DNA of 64,000 nucleotides, taken from positions 153,424 through 217,423 of the forward strand of contig RDEW01000007.1 of the NCBI GenBank assembly GCA_011109175.1, read 5' to 3'. Each line of letters begins with the position of its first letter. The stretch's first letter is position 1. Origin of the DNA: Dicyema japonicum. Its lineage: Eukaryota > Animalia > Dicyemida. Positions 1 through 12,779 of the stretch are shown here, in pieces. The notes under the pieces were generated by a model. The model ran no database searches, had not been told where the DNA came from, and was given only the letters and a program-made list of their open reading frames with translations. Both the position numbers and the translations under genes were made by a program.

Positions 1-1810
1 TGAAATATAGGACGCGGAAGATACGGAATAATGACTGATAATACAAGTTTCTCCATAATTTTTGACAGTGTGCTGGTAACGGAAATAGGCCTGTAGGATG
101 CAGGTTCTGTCTCTGGTTTCCCAGCCTTCAATATCGGTCTGATGATAGAATTCTTCCAAATCTTAGGAATAATATTATAGTTAATGGACAGATTGTATAT
201 ATGCGTGAGGTAGCCAATTGCGTAGTGGCTTAGGTGTTTTAGGTGAATAGAAGATACTTTGTCAGGCCCGCACGCCCGTGAGCTCTTTAATCTGGTGATC
301 ACATCCAAGACTTGGTCATCTGTGAATAGTTCGTGGTAAGGTTCCTTCTTCGGTTTATGGGCACGCACCTTAATGTCCAGGTGTTTCGAGAATGGTTTGA
401 AGCTAATTCCAGCGTAATGTTTCATAAGGATGTTAGGATGTAGGTGGCATAAGTGTTCAGGAGAAGACTTTCCGGTTCCGTCTGCATCATCCAGCTCCGA
501 CTTGACTTGTTTAAGAGTTTTCCAGAAGTGTCGGGATGTACTTTTCCTGTCGAGGTGGTTAACTAGATGCTGCCATCTCTTGTCCTTGTGTTCTTTTATG
601 CTCTGACAGATCTTTTATTCAGTTGTCTGAGGGCTGTCAAAGACTTCATGTCCAACAGATGGCATCTCTTCAGCCGGTCTCTTTGTTTTATAAGACTTAT
701 TGTATAAGAGCTGAGGGTAGGAATAAACTTCTTGTATGACGATATAGGAATAAAAATATGGTCAGCTTTCTGAATGGCAGCGCTGATAATTTCAGCGGCC
801 TCATCAATGGAGCGTATTGGAAAGGATAATCTCCGAGCCAAGAATTTATCCACAAGGTTACTGAAACCAGACCAGTCAACCTTCGTATAATCCTTGAATC
901 TTTTTGATTTCGCCGCCGTCTCCTGTATCGTCGAAGACCTCTCAATTTTAGAAGGATTGGATTGTGGTCACTGGGAAGCCGTAAAAGACGTTCCAGGAGA
1001 TGAGTCCAGCCAGAGAAGGTGAGCATATGTTAAGTCGGGGGATGTGCAGCTATCAGTCATCCTTAATGGGTCCTCGTATGTGAGTTAGGGTTGTTCAGTA
1101 TAATCAGGTCAGGAAGATAATTTGCAATGAGTTTTCTTCGGTTATCAGATAATTGGGAAGTGAGCCAAACTGGATGTCGTGCATTAAGATCCCCACATAA
1201 CAGTAGATTTTTCAACGTTGAAATGCGTGATAAATCAGGGGTGTAAGATGACGGACACGATCCTTGTGGAGGAATATATAAATTAGCTAAATGGATCCAA
1301 AAGAACGGGAATAACACCATTTTGACAGTAATCTGCTCCAAAGTCTTGTCGGAGCCAAGAAGCTCTGAGGTTAGTTGAGTTGTATCCACAAAAAGAAAAT
1401 CGTTCTTTATAATAGTAAGTAGTCCTCCTCCGCGTCTTCCCTGACGATCTTTACGGATCACTGTGTATCCGGGAAAAGAGGGTGTTGGTATGGAGGGAGA
1501 TAGCTTGGACTCCTGTATTAAAGCGAGGTCAGCCTCATTTTCGCGGAGGAGAGCCCGGAGTTCAAAGATTTTCTTCCTGATCCCATTTGTATACAGTTGT
1601 ATAATTGTAAAACCTCTCCATGGACCAGGATTGGTTTCGACGTCTCCACATAGAAGAATCAAAAGTCTGGACAAATGGGACACCAGACAGGGTCGAAGAC
1701 ACAGGGGATGAAAGGACCACCAGACGGTGGGGAGAAGCTGTTGGCTCTTTTCGTTCCATTTTGGAATGGGTGACACCGTTTCTGGTGAGCCACATGACAC
1801 CACGCTAACA
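1..1810 (-). mobile_element. APE-type non-LTR retrotransposon (I/Jockey-like), frameshifted ORF2 with N-terminal 2A-like peptide; runs off the left edge
   Basis: ORF 1063..1803 contains APE endonuclease motifs (LALIQESKL, NLYIPP, LLCGDLNARH). Positions 1..180 on the minus strand read as the RT start (IPKIWKNSIIRPILKAGKPETEPASYRPIS). Confidence 0.9.
1621..1680 (-). other. 2A-like StopGo ribosome-skipping peptide (HLSRLLILLCGDVETNPGP)
   Basis: Exact GD(V/I)ExNPGP consensus (GGA GAC GTC GAA ACC AAT CCT GGT CCA, 1647..1621) preceded by a Leu-rich stretch and lying immediately before the APE domain. Confidence 0.85.
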
Positions 1811-2226
1811 TTTTCATTCCATACATCTAAGATATATTATAACACACTTAATATTATCATAACAGAAAAGATAAATTAACAAAGTGTATTTAATAAATAA
1901 AATTAAATACTAAAAAATGGAGTAAATAAAAGAATAGTAATGTGCTAATCCACAATAAACCTCAGTTAATATGACTGATGCATCCCAAGTCCATTACATC
2001 CATCAAGTATATAATACATAAGTGGAATTCCTTGATAAGGTCCGATTATGTCAAATAGAAGAAATAAAAAGATGAAAAATGACTGATTGACTACTTAAGC
2101 ATTAATTTTTTGTTATTTCAAACCTCGAGTAAATAATTATATTGAAAAAAAACAATGTTTGAGGATTAAATAAATAATTAACTTTAAATATCTTTTTTAA
2201 ATAAAAAAAAGACATTTTTGTGAGAT

Positions 2227-4665
2227 TTGAATCAATATAATCAGTTCTTGCCCGAAAGGATTCTTGTTGGACTTATCCAGAATAAACAACAACTAGAAAA
2301 CCTAATACTTTGTGGAGATTTTACTGCAAAGCACCCTGCCTGGTTGAAATCACAAACAACTGACTCAAGAGGACTATCCTTAATAAACCAACTCTCCTCC
2401 ATGACAATCCTCAACAGCCCCACTATGCACACGAGAACTCCGTTCAAGGAAGGTGATTCATCTACATCCCCCGACACACTTTCTGTTCATCAACTCTTGG
2501 ACCCAACATTTCATGGACATTACATTACGGATTATCCTCCGATCATAATCCAATAATCATTCGATTCAAAAAATTTCTCTATCATCCAAAAACAACTGTT
2601 TTTTCTTCAACTACAAAAAAGCAAATTGGGACGGCTACTCAAAACATGTTGACCAGGCTCTACTTTGCTTTGACTTGAACATATTCCGTTCTATTGATGA
2701 GACCGTCGACCATTTGAACAAAATAATTCTTGATGCTCGTAGTAGATTCATCCCTCGTGGAAGGTTCAAATATTACAACGAAATTTTGGATCAGAATACC
2801 AAATCACTAATCAGAGAAAGAAACCGCTTGAAAAGACACGTACCTCTCTTTCCGGGACAGAAATCCCAGACAAAGGCTCTCAATGATGAAATTTCAAAAA
2901 GGAACAGAAGGGCTAAAGCAAACAAGTGGGAAAAGCAAATCTGCTCTCTCCCATTTCAGAAATCTGCCCAGATGGTCTGGAAGGCAATAAAAAGACTTGG
3001 CCCTAAAGAAAACTCCACCTCGAAACAAAAGACAGACCAACACAGCTTAAATAAACTAATGAAGTATTATACCGGTATAAGTCACAAAACTTTCAAGAAA
3101 ATGGATGGACCCTCTTTGTTTCGATGAGACCTAAAAGAATCCCGCCGATCACTTTTATTTCTCATTCAAACGTATTCGAAGGCTTGAAGATGATTAATCC
3201 CTCCCGCTCTTGTGGTCCAGATGGCATCCCTTCAATACTTCTTAAACACCTTGAACCGATACTATTGGGGTAATCTCCCTTATTTTCAACTATTCTTTGA
3301 ACATGAATTCCATCCCTACGATTTGGAAACTTTCCCACATACGCCCAATACCAAAACCTGGCAAGGACAAAAACAATCCCGCTTCATACCGACCAATTTC
3401 TCTATTTTGTTCATTTTTTAAAATTATTGGAAAAACTGGTACTTGATCTCATTTCCCCGTCCCTTCCCTTCAGTTCCTCTCAACATGGCTTCAGAAAGTT
3501 CTATTCAACGTCCACCCACCTTACTTCTCTCAATCAATTTATCCTTGATGGCTTCAACTCAAGTCCTCGTCACCTCAAAACCATCGTCTGCTCTGTGGAT
3601 CTGCGTAAAGCCTTTGACTCTGTCTCCAGGAAAATCTTAACCAGGAAATTATTTGGACTCTCCATTAACCCCAATCAAAAAACTCTGGCTTTCGAATTTC
3701 CTCAGCGGGAGAAGGGCCCGGGTTTGTATGAATGGGACCAAATCACTTTCGAGACTACTTCCCAATGATGTTCCGCAAGGCTCTCCTTTGTCTTCCGCCT
3801 TATTCAACCTTTTTATGTCCGATTTGCCACGATCAGTTGATAAAGACGATCTTCTCCTCTCCTATGCTGATGACATTCTAATTGGATCTCGTGACAAGGA
3901 TCTCCTAAAAGCCTCAGAAAGAGTTCAAAAACAACTAGACGTGATTCAAAATTGGTTAATCTCCAACAGACTTGATATATCTCTTGAGAAGTCCTCCACA
4001 TCCCTATTTACCTCAGACAAACGTCTTGGAAGAACGACCGTTGATTTATTTATCAACCAAACTAAAATACCTTTTACGAAGAAATTGAAAATCTTAGGAG
4101 TCGCCTTTGACACGCACATGACCTTCTCCCCTCATGTCGAATATATCTCCGGAACCTGCTCAAGAAAGCTTGGTTTGGTCAAATCTATTTTTGGTGCCAT
4201 CAGAACCTTTTTCCCAGCATTGAAACTACTACATAAACAATTCATTGAGCCATCTATCAGCTACGCCTGTGCGTCTTAGGGAATCAACCTATCCTGGACA
4301 AACAAACAGAAAATCAGTGATATTTAGTCCCTATCAGCTACAACTATCGGCAAGCTCGTGAGAACAGTCAGTCTCACACCCACCTCTCTGGACGACCTTA
4401 TCGGACAAAATGGGAAGGGATTCGCCGCTCTGTGCCGAAAATCCAACTTCCTACAATGCTCTAATGGATTGGGTCTTACTAGAAGACTTTACATCACCCC
4501 TCTTGTATTTCTTCATAACCCTCCCGTCCTCAGAGAAGCTGTGTTGGATCTAGGAAGGTCACTGGAAAAAGATGAGAGACCTAATGGAGGCGGCCGGGAT
4601 CACCTAATTAGTTAAAAAGAATTAAATTAACTATTGGTGTTCTTGGATTAAATAAATATAATCAG
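2227..4665 (+). mobile_element. I/Jockey-like LINE, 5'-truncated, degraded APE+RT with 3' end
   Basis: ORFs with LILCGDFTAKHP (APE), QHGFRK, SVDLRKAFDSV, DVPQGSPLS and SYADD (RT). ORF2 ends ...EAAGIT* at about 4607, followed by a short UTR and an AT-rich tail. Confidence 0.9.
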
Positions 4666-4739
4666 TTGCGGAGATTTGACGTTTTGAAGGTCGTAATTCC
4701 CGGATTTTTGAATTTAAGAAAATCATATACATGTGTGAG

Positions 4740-5805
4740 AAGTACTTTACTGCATTCTTGTTAATGGCAGAGAATGTGTATTTTACAAAGTGTTTCAACT
4801 GCCAACGCAATGGACACACATCCTCCTTCTGTAAGGAGAAGACAAGATGTCTCCGTTGTGCATGGGAACACGACATGACTGCTTGTAGAAAGACTCCTGA
4901 GAACACAATGAATTGCATAAATTGTGGCTCGTCCACACATTGTGCCAAATATGGTGGATGTCCAGCTGCCAAGAAATCTGATCAGAGGAGAGCAATTAAA
5001 AGCGATGGACAGGGGATATTGGGAGAACGTGGACAGCAAAGACAGTTACGTCAAAGTCGACATCTAAAATTCCCACTCTATCAGAGAAGATATATAGTGA
5101 AATATCGGAGATTATGTCACGGCTAAACTATTTGTGCTCGATTGCATATGTGGATTAAATAGAAACCTTGGCTTTGAAGAAACAAGGTCACCCAAATGTT
5201 TGAAGCAAGGACTAAAAATAGTGCTAGCGAATGCCCGATCCCTAGAGAAAAGGCATAATGAACTTGCACTACTTTCGAGGGCCTCCTAGATCGACATCTT
5301 GGTGGTCAATGAGACGAAATTAAAGAACGCGAAGAGTAACACAATTCTGTGGACGTTTTATGAAAGGCTGGAGCTGTTGCTGGTACGGAAACGTCTATTT
5401 TCTACCGGGACTGCCTCCGAATTCGTAATCCAAAAGTCGTTTGTGATGCATTGTGTGAATTTGAAAGCATGGACGTTTGTTGCGAAGGAGTATGGATTAG
5501 TGTTGGAGGTCTATACTCCAAGAATCTTGAGAATTTTCTACAGATATCTCTGACTTCTACTACAAGAATGTTTATACTATCTTAATTGGCGAACTTAATT
5601 CGAAGATCACTAGTTATGGTTGTAGCAAGACAAATTAAGATGGAAGACGTTTAGAATTATTGATTCATGCGGCTTTGTGATCCTTACGTCGGATGACCCA
5701 AATCATTTTTCTTATCATGGTGGCGACAAACTCGGCGTATTCCTAGTATCGTCAGCTCTATTTGGGAAAGCCAAAGACTCTATGGGATATCGGGAGCGAC
5801 CATAT
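4740..5805 (+). mobile_element. Jockey-like LINE family J1: ORF1 zinc-knuckle part plus APE remnant
   Basis: CFNCQRNGHTSSFC, CLRCAWEHDMTAC and CINCGSSTH knuckles. Collinear nucleotide similarity with 52600..53700. Confidence 0.85.
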
Positions 5806-6432
5806 TCCACAAGAAATAGCGACCATATTTCATTACCATTACAGATTCGTCCAACTATCTTGGGAGTGACATTTGACCCTTTGATGACATTTTCTCAACA
5901 TGTGAAATACGTTATGACAAAGGGTCTCAGGAAACTAAATATAATCAAACCGCTCTTGAAGTCCAAGCCGTCACAAGAATGCGCTGTTGTCTTGTTCAAT
6001 CAACTTCTAAAACCGACGATTGAGTATGCTTGTGCCTCATGGGCCTATGGGGCTTCGATATCAAATTCATTCAAGATCAATTCCTTGATTGGCAATCTAG
6101 CACGTCTAACGAATCTATTCCGATATTTTCCCTCTAATTCTTGAACACGCCGCAATCAAAAATAATCGCTCCAACTTCATCTGTCTGTGTGGCCAAGAAA
6201 CAAGTCGTTTCTTCCATTAAAGGCTAGAGGCCTCAAATACACGAAATTTGGGTAAAAAACCCACCACTCTTAAAACTATAATGAAGGATCATCATCGTCT
6301 ATTCAAGAAAGCCGTGGGTATTCTGGAGGAACATAGGAAAAACCTCTCGATCCTGTTGAGGCGCACCGGGATCACTTAAATAGTTGGTTTACTCCTTTCT
6401 TGGTGTTCCCTTTTCGGGGTTATTAAATAAAA
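5806..6432 (+). mobile_element. 3' fragment of an I/Jockey-like LINE
   Basis: ILGVTFDPLMTFSQHV...KPTIEYACASW; ends ...RTGIT* at 6365..6379 followed by the family-type UTR. Confidence 0.8.
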
Positions 6433-6439
6433 TTAACAT

Positions 6440-6536
6440 GACAGATGTTGACACCTATTTTAAATAAATAATGTTGACACCTGTCAAATCACCTGTCATC
6501 ACGCTCAGCGCTCGATCACTCTCAGCGCTCGCGACA
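6440..6536. mobile_element. Solo terminal remnant of a Ginger-like DNA transposon
   Basis: Ends AGCGCTCGCGACA|TATT, identical to the right terminus of the element at 39804..42086. Carries short subterminal direct repeats (TGTTGACACCT x2, CTCAGCGCTCG x2). Confidence 0.55.
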
Positions 6537-6544
6537 TATTTAAA

Positions 6545-7826
6545 CATTCCGACGAGGAAGTGCATATTGCTGATAGCACAGTCAGCGTCTTTGAAGTGAT
6601 GACAGCTATCAGGGAAATCAAGGTCAATGCTCCAGGATATGACCACATATCAATGAAACTTATTAAAAAGGGTCCGGATATTTTATTTGACTATCTGCGA
6701 TGTCCTTATGATGAGTGTTTACGACTTGACCACTTCTTTTAATATGGAAGAAAACTGTTGTGAGGATGATTCCAAAACCAGGGAAGCAAAGAGAGATCCG
6801 GCAAGCTACAGAGCAATTAGCTTAATATGTTCTTTCCCGAAAGTGATTGAATGCATCATTTTCAAAAAGCTAAGCAGACATATAGAAGAGAATGACTTTC
6901 TGATTCCGGAGCAGTGGGGTTTTCGTCCCGGAAAAGGCTGTGCAGACTGTTTCTATCTACTGAATTCTGAAATCATGAAAGCAAGGAATTCCAAGAGGCA
7001 AATAAACTTATTATGTCTTGGATATCTCGAAGCATTCGACAGTGTATGCATGAAGTTGTTGTATCAGCATGTGTTCCAAGAAACCTATTTGTTTGGCTAA
7101 GAAATTATCTTCAAGAAAGATAATCTTTTGTGAAGGTGTGTGGAAATATATCCGATCCAACATCATTCAAGAGGGGAGTACCACAATGTTGAGTCCTATT
7201 TTGTTTAATATATTCATGGCGAGATTTCCACGTCCGAGGAATATTAATACTTATTTATACGGATGACGTAATCGTGGTGGACACATTTCTAAAATCTTCT
7301 ATATCTGAAGGAAGAATCCGGGAGTATGTCGACCAGATTGAGCATTGATGCAACTTGAGAGGGCTAAAGCTCTCTGCTTAAAAATCTTGCGCACTCTGAA
7401 TAAGCAATGTGAAAAAGCATCTGAAACAATAATACACACTGGGAGTAAACAATGCACACAGTCTGCGCTACCTGGGGGTCGACTATGGACATGGACGACA
7501 TAAAAGGGAGGAGAAAGAGAGCCTTTAGTCTCTCTGTACACGGAAGTTACACGTTAGTCGCGTCACTACCTGTTCATCTTCAAGGGAGTTATTCTTCCTA
7601 GACCTACTTTATGGGTGCGAGGGGTGGTTCTTCTCTCCGAAGAGGGAGAAGATCTTATCCCTCCTAGAGAAGACTAGGAGAGCTGCAATTAAGCTCTCTT
7701 AAACAAGAAACTGAAAGACTGTCTAAGCGAGGACAAAAACAAGCTCTTAGAACCGATTAGCAGGATTGTGGAGGATCGGATCAATGTTTCAGGAGGAGAT
7801 CAAAGATCCAGGACACGTATATAAAG
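6545..7826 (+). mobile_element. LINE family J1, RT and 3' part (degraded)
   Basis: DPASYRAISLICSF, EQWGFRPG. Collinear with 54345..56006 and shares its end CAGGACACGTATATAAA. Confidence 0.85.
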
Positions 7827-8470
7827 CTGGGAGAAACGTCCTGAAAAAATTAATAAAAAAGGGGAGGAAGGGTCTAAATGTGGAATCCAAGCCTTATGGT
7901 AGGACTCAGATGTAATACCCTCCAGAAAACTTCTTAACTCTTTTGTTAATAAATCGTTGTTGTTGTTTGTTGTAGAACGTTCCGATCTGAATCCTTGTTG
8001 GTAGTGACTAAAGAACAAATGACGTTTAATATTCCAAAGTAAGAGTTTTTCCACGAGGCCGATAAATCACAGGATAGGGATATGGTAAGATGAAGGTGAG
8101 GCTTTCGTTTTCCCGGTTTTTAAGAGAGGTATGATATGATTTCTTCCATTTACTGGGGATAGGGTTGAAAACAAATTAAGGCCAGTAAGGCCAGTCTGCT
8201 TTCTTATAGTTCTTGAAGTTTACTTTGTTCCTATGTGGGCTTTTGAAACGGCACAACTTTAAGTATAATTGGATTATGATCACTATGAAAGTCGTAGGAG
8301 ACGTTCAATAAATTAGCGGGGCAATCCTTGAGGAGAAATGGACAGATGAAGTTGGATTATCATTACTTATGACTTGTGTCCTTGTTTTGGATGTTCGGGC
8401 TGATTAGAATCACCAATTCGATTACCTCTCTTGTCGACCGATTGAGTAGTTAGCCATTGCAGGTGTTTGG
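7827..8470 (-). mobile_element. LINE RT fragment
   Basis: EKLLLWNIK...QQGFRSERST in ORF 7800..8054. Confidence 0.65.
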
Positions 8471-8550
8471 CACTGAGGTTATAATATAAATTACTCAAAT
8501 TAATTTAAAAAATTAAAATAAATTAATCAATAAATATTTTTATTTTCAGA

Positions 8551-10609
8551 ATGTTAACCGATATTAATGTTAAGTAAATTCATAACTTAAATTTAAGCGT
8601 TTCCTTCAACTGTCTATTTTTTAAACGAATTTCATTCCTATTATCCCTAATGATTCCGACTATTCTTAGTAAATACAGGGATTGGCTTTTAGGAATTTTA
8701 ATTCTCATTTTCTGTGCTGCTGGTATTTCTATTACATCAACGAAAGAACAAACGGTGGCCTATTACTCGGGACTTATCCCTAGTAAGTTCTACGCAGTCA
8801 TCCCACTCCTTGATTGGAGTAAATTCGGATTCCTTGTGTTTCATGCATTGTTGCTAACAACTGGGACGGCTTTGGTGGACTGAATAATGATTTAAGATTG
8901 TAAGCCTTAAGGAGTATCTCTCCCGGATCATTTATGTTGTTTGGAGGAGGAACCTCTGTCAGACTTTAAACACAATTTACTTCCAAAACTTAAACTACTA
9001 TAACTTAAACACGCATTCAAGACAAATCGACAATATGTTAGCCAACAAGATGATTTCAGGGATCAGAGGTTGACCCAGGACATCGACTTACTAACGTCGA
9101 CGTTGGTGGAGACACTCACTGTGGTAATTATCCTACCATTCACAGCGATTTATTACTCTTACGACATTTTTGTAAAGTTTGATGTTTTCTGATTAAAGTT
9201 TGCAGTATTACGGGTTCTTGGGACCTCTGGTTTACTTTATATTCTTTAGTATCATTAACAAATATTTGATTGGCTGGGTCTCCTCTTACATTTACGAGCA
9301 GGAACGTCTGGAAGGGATATATCGGTTTATGGTGGCAATATTAAAGTTATAATCACGTGCGTGTTAGACGGGAGTGTGAAGAATTAGCTCTGTCCAAAGG
9401 TTCTAGGTTTGAGAAGTTGGTGGTTAATCGGTGGTTGGAGAGCCTAATATCTATTTTGTTCAAGCGAATCAACCGGGAGTTGCTACTTAGAAGTATTCTA
9501 TAAACTTATTTGCAGTCTGGGAGAACTTTGCCGGATATTTCGGTTCCATACTGAGTTACTTGATCGTGGGAATTGCTATTCTGGAGGGTAACTTTGCGGG
9601 GGAACCAAATATTTCTTCGATCATTAGTCAGGTGAATAACCCGTAATTTCTAGTATTCCTTCAAAATTATGTATTTGATATATGTATTCACTCAGCTCAT
9701 ACAACAAAACACAAACGTGACTATTATGGTGGGGGCTGCTACCAGGTTGTGTTTGAGGTAACTAGAATCTCCGTGGCCATCGAGAAATTTGAATATAATG
9801 ATTCAGCAACCAGTATAACCACAGTTTATGACAAAGACGTTATTGTTTGTTTTAATAATGTTACCTGTGGTCTTCCAAATGGACTGAAAATATTTTTTTC
9901 CGGTTTTGGGTTAAGTTAAGCCAGGCTTTAGCTTTGACCTCAAAAGGAGGGAGTTTGTCATTATTACGGGACCCAGTGGCTGTGGGAAGACATCTCTTTT
10001 CAGGACCATTATGGGAGTTTGGACTTGTTTAAATGGCATATAACTTTATTTTACTCCAAGGAAACATAGACTTTTCCCAGGATGTTTCGGATAAGGACGT
10101 AATGTGTCTCCCACAGACCAGTTACTGCACTTTTGGGAATTTGATTAAGCAAATAGTATTCCCAAGTAATGATAAATTTGAATTAAAGGAACTGAGGATC
10201 AACTTGATGGTCCTCTAATTGAGAGCTTACTTGATGAATTTAATCTCTCCCACCTCATCGGAAGAGATGATTTGAATATAATCGATAATCTGACCTGGTA
10301 TCCTCCTATATTTTTATTCAGGTACGAGAATCTTTCTCCTGGGGAACGACAGAGGTTATCTTTTGTTAGATTGTTTTACCACCAACCAAGATTAGTTTGT
10401 AAGTATGTGGCTGAGTCCGTTTTAGTATTTGACGAATCATTTTCTCACACAGACGAATCTATCAGAATAAAGTATATAAAAAGTGCAAAACATGTGATAT
10501 GACTGTTATGACAATTTCTCACTTACCCAATCTTATCAAATACCACGACAGGGAAGTCACATTTTCTGATAATGGCAATTTATTAGTTAGAAATGTCACA
10601 AAATATTAA
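8551..10609 (+). CDS. ABCD4: ABC transporter subfamily D (ABCD4-like half transporter), 14 predicted micro-introns of 20-27 nt
   Basis: Spliced product shows DQRLTQD, EQERLEGIYRYNHVRVR (EAA region), Walker A GPSGCGKT, signature LSPGERQRLSFVR and LFDES. One apparent single-A deletion at 10478..10482. Assignment to ABCD4 rather than another ABCD is from recalled similarity. Confidence 0.85.
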
Positions 10610-10624
10610 TTCAATAACTAATTC

Positions 10625-11680
10625 TAAGACAAACCCTCTAATATTATTCATTTTCTCCTATAGTATATATAACTTGTCCACCAAGCGGAACTCCACCCCG
10701 ACCATTTGAATTTATAAGGCTGATCCTGAAGATTGAGCAAACAAAGCATTCTTTCTCTCTTTACTGACCTGTATTTCTACTATGATCATAAACAAAAATC
10801 TTGAGAGAAATAACGTTCGATATTATCTAATCTCCCCAAAACCTTTGAGAAGGGTCTCAACGACAACCCACCACCAGACAAACCTAACAAGAATCTTTCA
10901 GAGGGCCTACAATGGAAACTAGGAGATTAAAAACATTAGTTCTATTTACATATAAAAACTTTTGACTCAAGAAAATACAAAAAAATGTCATCGGGTATTC
11001 CAAGCAAATCGAAAAGGTGAATCGGAAATTTTCTCAGCGGACAAAGGGGTAGAAATTCCAAATCTTTTTCAAAGCTCCTATCAAACTGTCTGCCACAAAT
11101 ATCTCATTTACATATCACTTTTTAATAAATGTTTATACAACCTACCAACCATCTCTAAAGACAACACTAATATTTTCTAATACAGATGTCATAGTCCTTC
11201 CATCCAAGGACAAACGCGGTAAAAAAACCACCATACGATTACATCTCCTCAATCGCCTAAACAGATGATTGGACATAAATTTAATGAGTGAACCATACTC
11301 TTCAACTTGAGTGGAAAATTGACTATCTCTACCCAGACTGATTATTTTTCTCTACCCGCACACTTTGTTTTTGTAGCTCCCAGTAGATCTGAAATTGAGT
11401 CCTCCCATATCTCCGGATTTGCAACGGACTCTCTATGAAAACTTCAGTGCCATCTGTCGCTTGTACTAAGATTTATTCAAAAAACTTGGAAACCTAATCC
11501 CAGCCCGCTCAGGAGATCTTGATGGACATACTATTCAAAACGGATTTTCCTCGAAATTCTAAAAGGAAATAGCCCTGCAATTATGGCTGTGGCCCTCTAA
11601 CGGTTCCCATTCAAAATGGCCTCCAATTAATTTTTTCAGGTTTTCGGTAAGTTCATCAATATACATCACTAGATTTTAGC
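10625..11680 (-). mobile_element. Degraded L1/Tx1-like LINE 3' half
   Basis: Remnant motifs GKSVLNSMS, KIWNF..FRFAWN and a C..C zinc-finger-like region. About 240 bp are shared with 18890..19130 and about 60 bp with 15181..15240. Confidence 0.5.
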
Positions 11681-11685
11681 GAAAC

Positions 11686-11998
11686 GACATCTTTAGGTAA
11701 AAAAGTCATCTTTTTTAAATCTTATAAAAATTGATTTTAAAGGGTCCTATGAGTAAGCGGAACAATTTACCAAAATCCTCGACATCTTTAGGTAAAAAAG
11801 TCATCTTTTTTAAATCTTATAAAAATTGATTTTAAGGAATCCTATGGATAAGCGGAACAATTTACCAAGGTCCTCGACATCTTTAGGTAAAAAAGTCATT
11901 TTTTTTAAATCTTATAAAAATTGATTTTAAAGAGTCCTATGAGTAAGCGGAACATTTTACCAAGGTCCTCGACATCTTTAGGTAAAAAAGTCAATTTT
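11686..11998. repeat. Tandem repeat, 95-bp unit, about 3.3 copies
   Basis: Unit GACATCTTTAGGTAAAAAAGTCA... starts at 11686, 11781, 11876 and 11971. Confidence 0.95.
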
Positions 11999-12049
11999 TA
12001 AATATTTTTATATAATTTAAAATGAAATATTTATTTTCAAAAGAAAAAA

Positions 12050-12660
12050 ACTAGACGTTTGCCAGGAGCACCGATGCCGATGCGGGAAAACAGTCGATGC
12101 GAAAGGATTGCACCCGCTGTCCTGCAGAAGAAGCGCCGGAAGGGGACCACGTCATGCTGCTCTGAACGATGTGATCGTCAGAGCTCTGAAGGCTACAGGC
12201 TTCCCAGCACAGCTTGAACCAGTGGGTCTTGATCGAGGAGATAGGAAGAGACCTGACGGGATGATTCTTTTCCCCTTCACGTCTGGACGATCTTTGGTCT
12301 GGGACGCAACTTTTGTAGACACGCTCTCAAGCACGAATATTTTCAAATCGGTTCAGACACCTGGAGCAGCTGCTTCGACTGCGGAGAACCTAAAAATCAA
12401 GAAATATTTTTGCCTCGGGGATCGCTACCGATTTACTCTTGTTGAGACCGAATCATCGGGAGCCGTTGGTCCAATGACGGCTGAGTTCTTGCGAAAACTC
12501 GGAGGATTGCTTGCCAGAAAGAATAGGGATCAACGAGAAGGGTTATGGCTAAGACAAACGATTGGAATAGCCATACTCCGAGGGAACTCGTTTGCAATCC
12601 ACGCAGCAGGCTTCTTGAACTGACATTTGTTTAATTGTTAAAGAAACTTATAATAATAAA
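12050..12660 (+). mobile_element. CRE-clade-like non-LTR retrotransposon, 3' CCHC + restriction-like endonuclease fragment
   Basis: CRCGKTVD..GLHPLSC..GRGPRHAALND, KRPDG, LVWDATFVDT, AILRGNS; A-rich tail. Confidence 0.85.
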
Positions 12661-12779
12661 ATTTTTCACAAAGAAAAAAAAGGAAAATGATTATAAATGT
12701 TAATAGAATACATATTCTACTAAATTGAATATATATTCTGTCGGATCCATATTAAGTAATATTTGTTCTTCACATTTTT

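Noticed and set aside
1810-2110. Possible small host gene on the minus strand upstream of the 2A LINE
   Set aside because: A hydrophobic stretch is present but no consistent spliced ORF could be built.
10478-10482. Frameshifts in otherwise intact host genes (ABCD4 A5 run; LYAR 21770..21772; nesprin-like 63710..63713 and others) as programmed frameshifting or pseudogenisation
   Set aside because: Each is fixed by adding one base to a homopolymer, the typical long-read consensus error, and there is no shared slippery motif. Needs read polishing.
11686-11998. CRISPR array
   Set aside because: Whole units repeat with no unique spacers, the context is eukaryotic and there are no cas genes.
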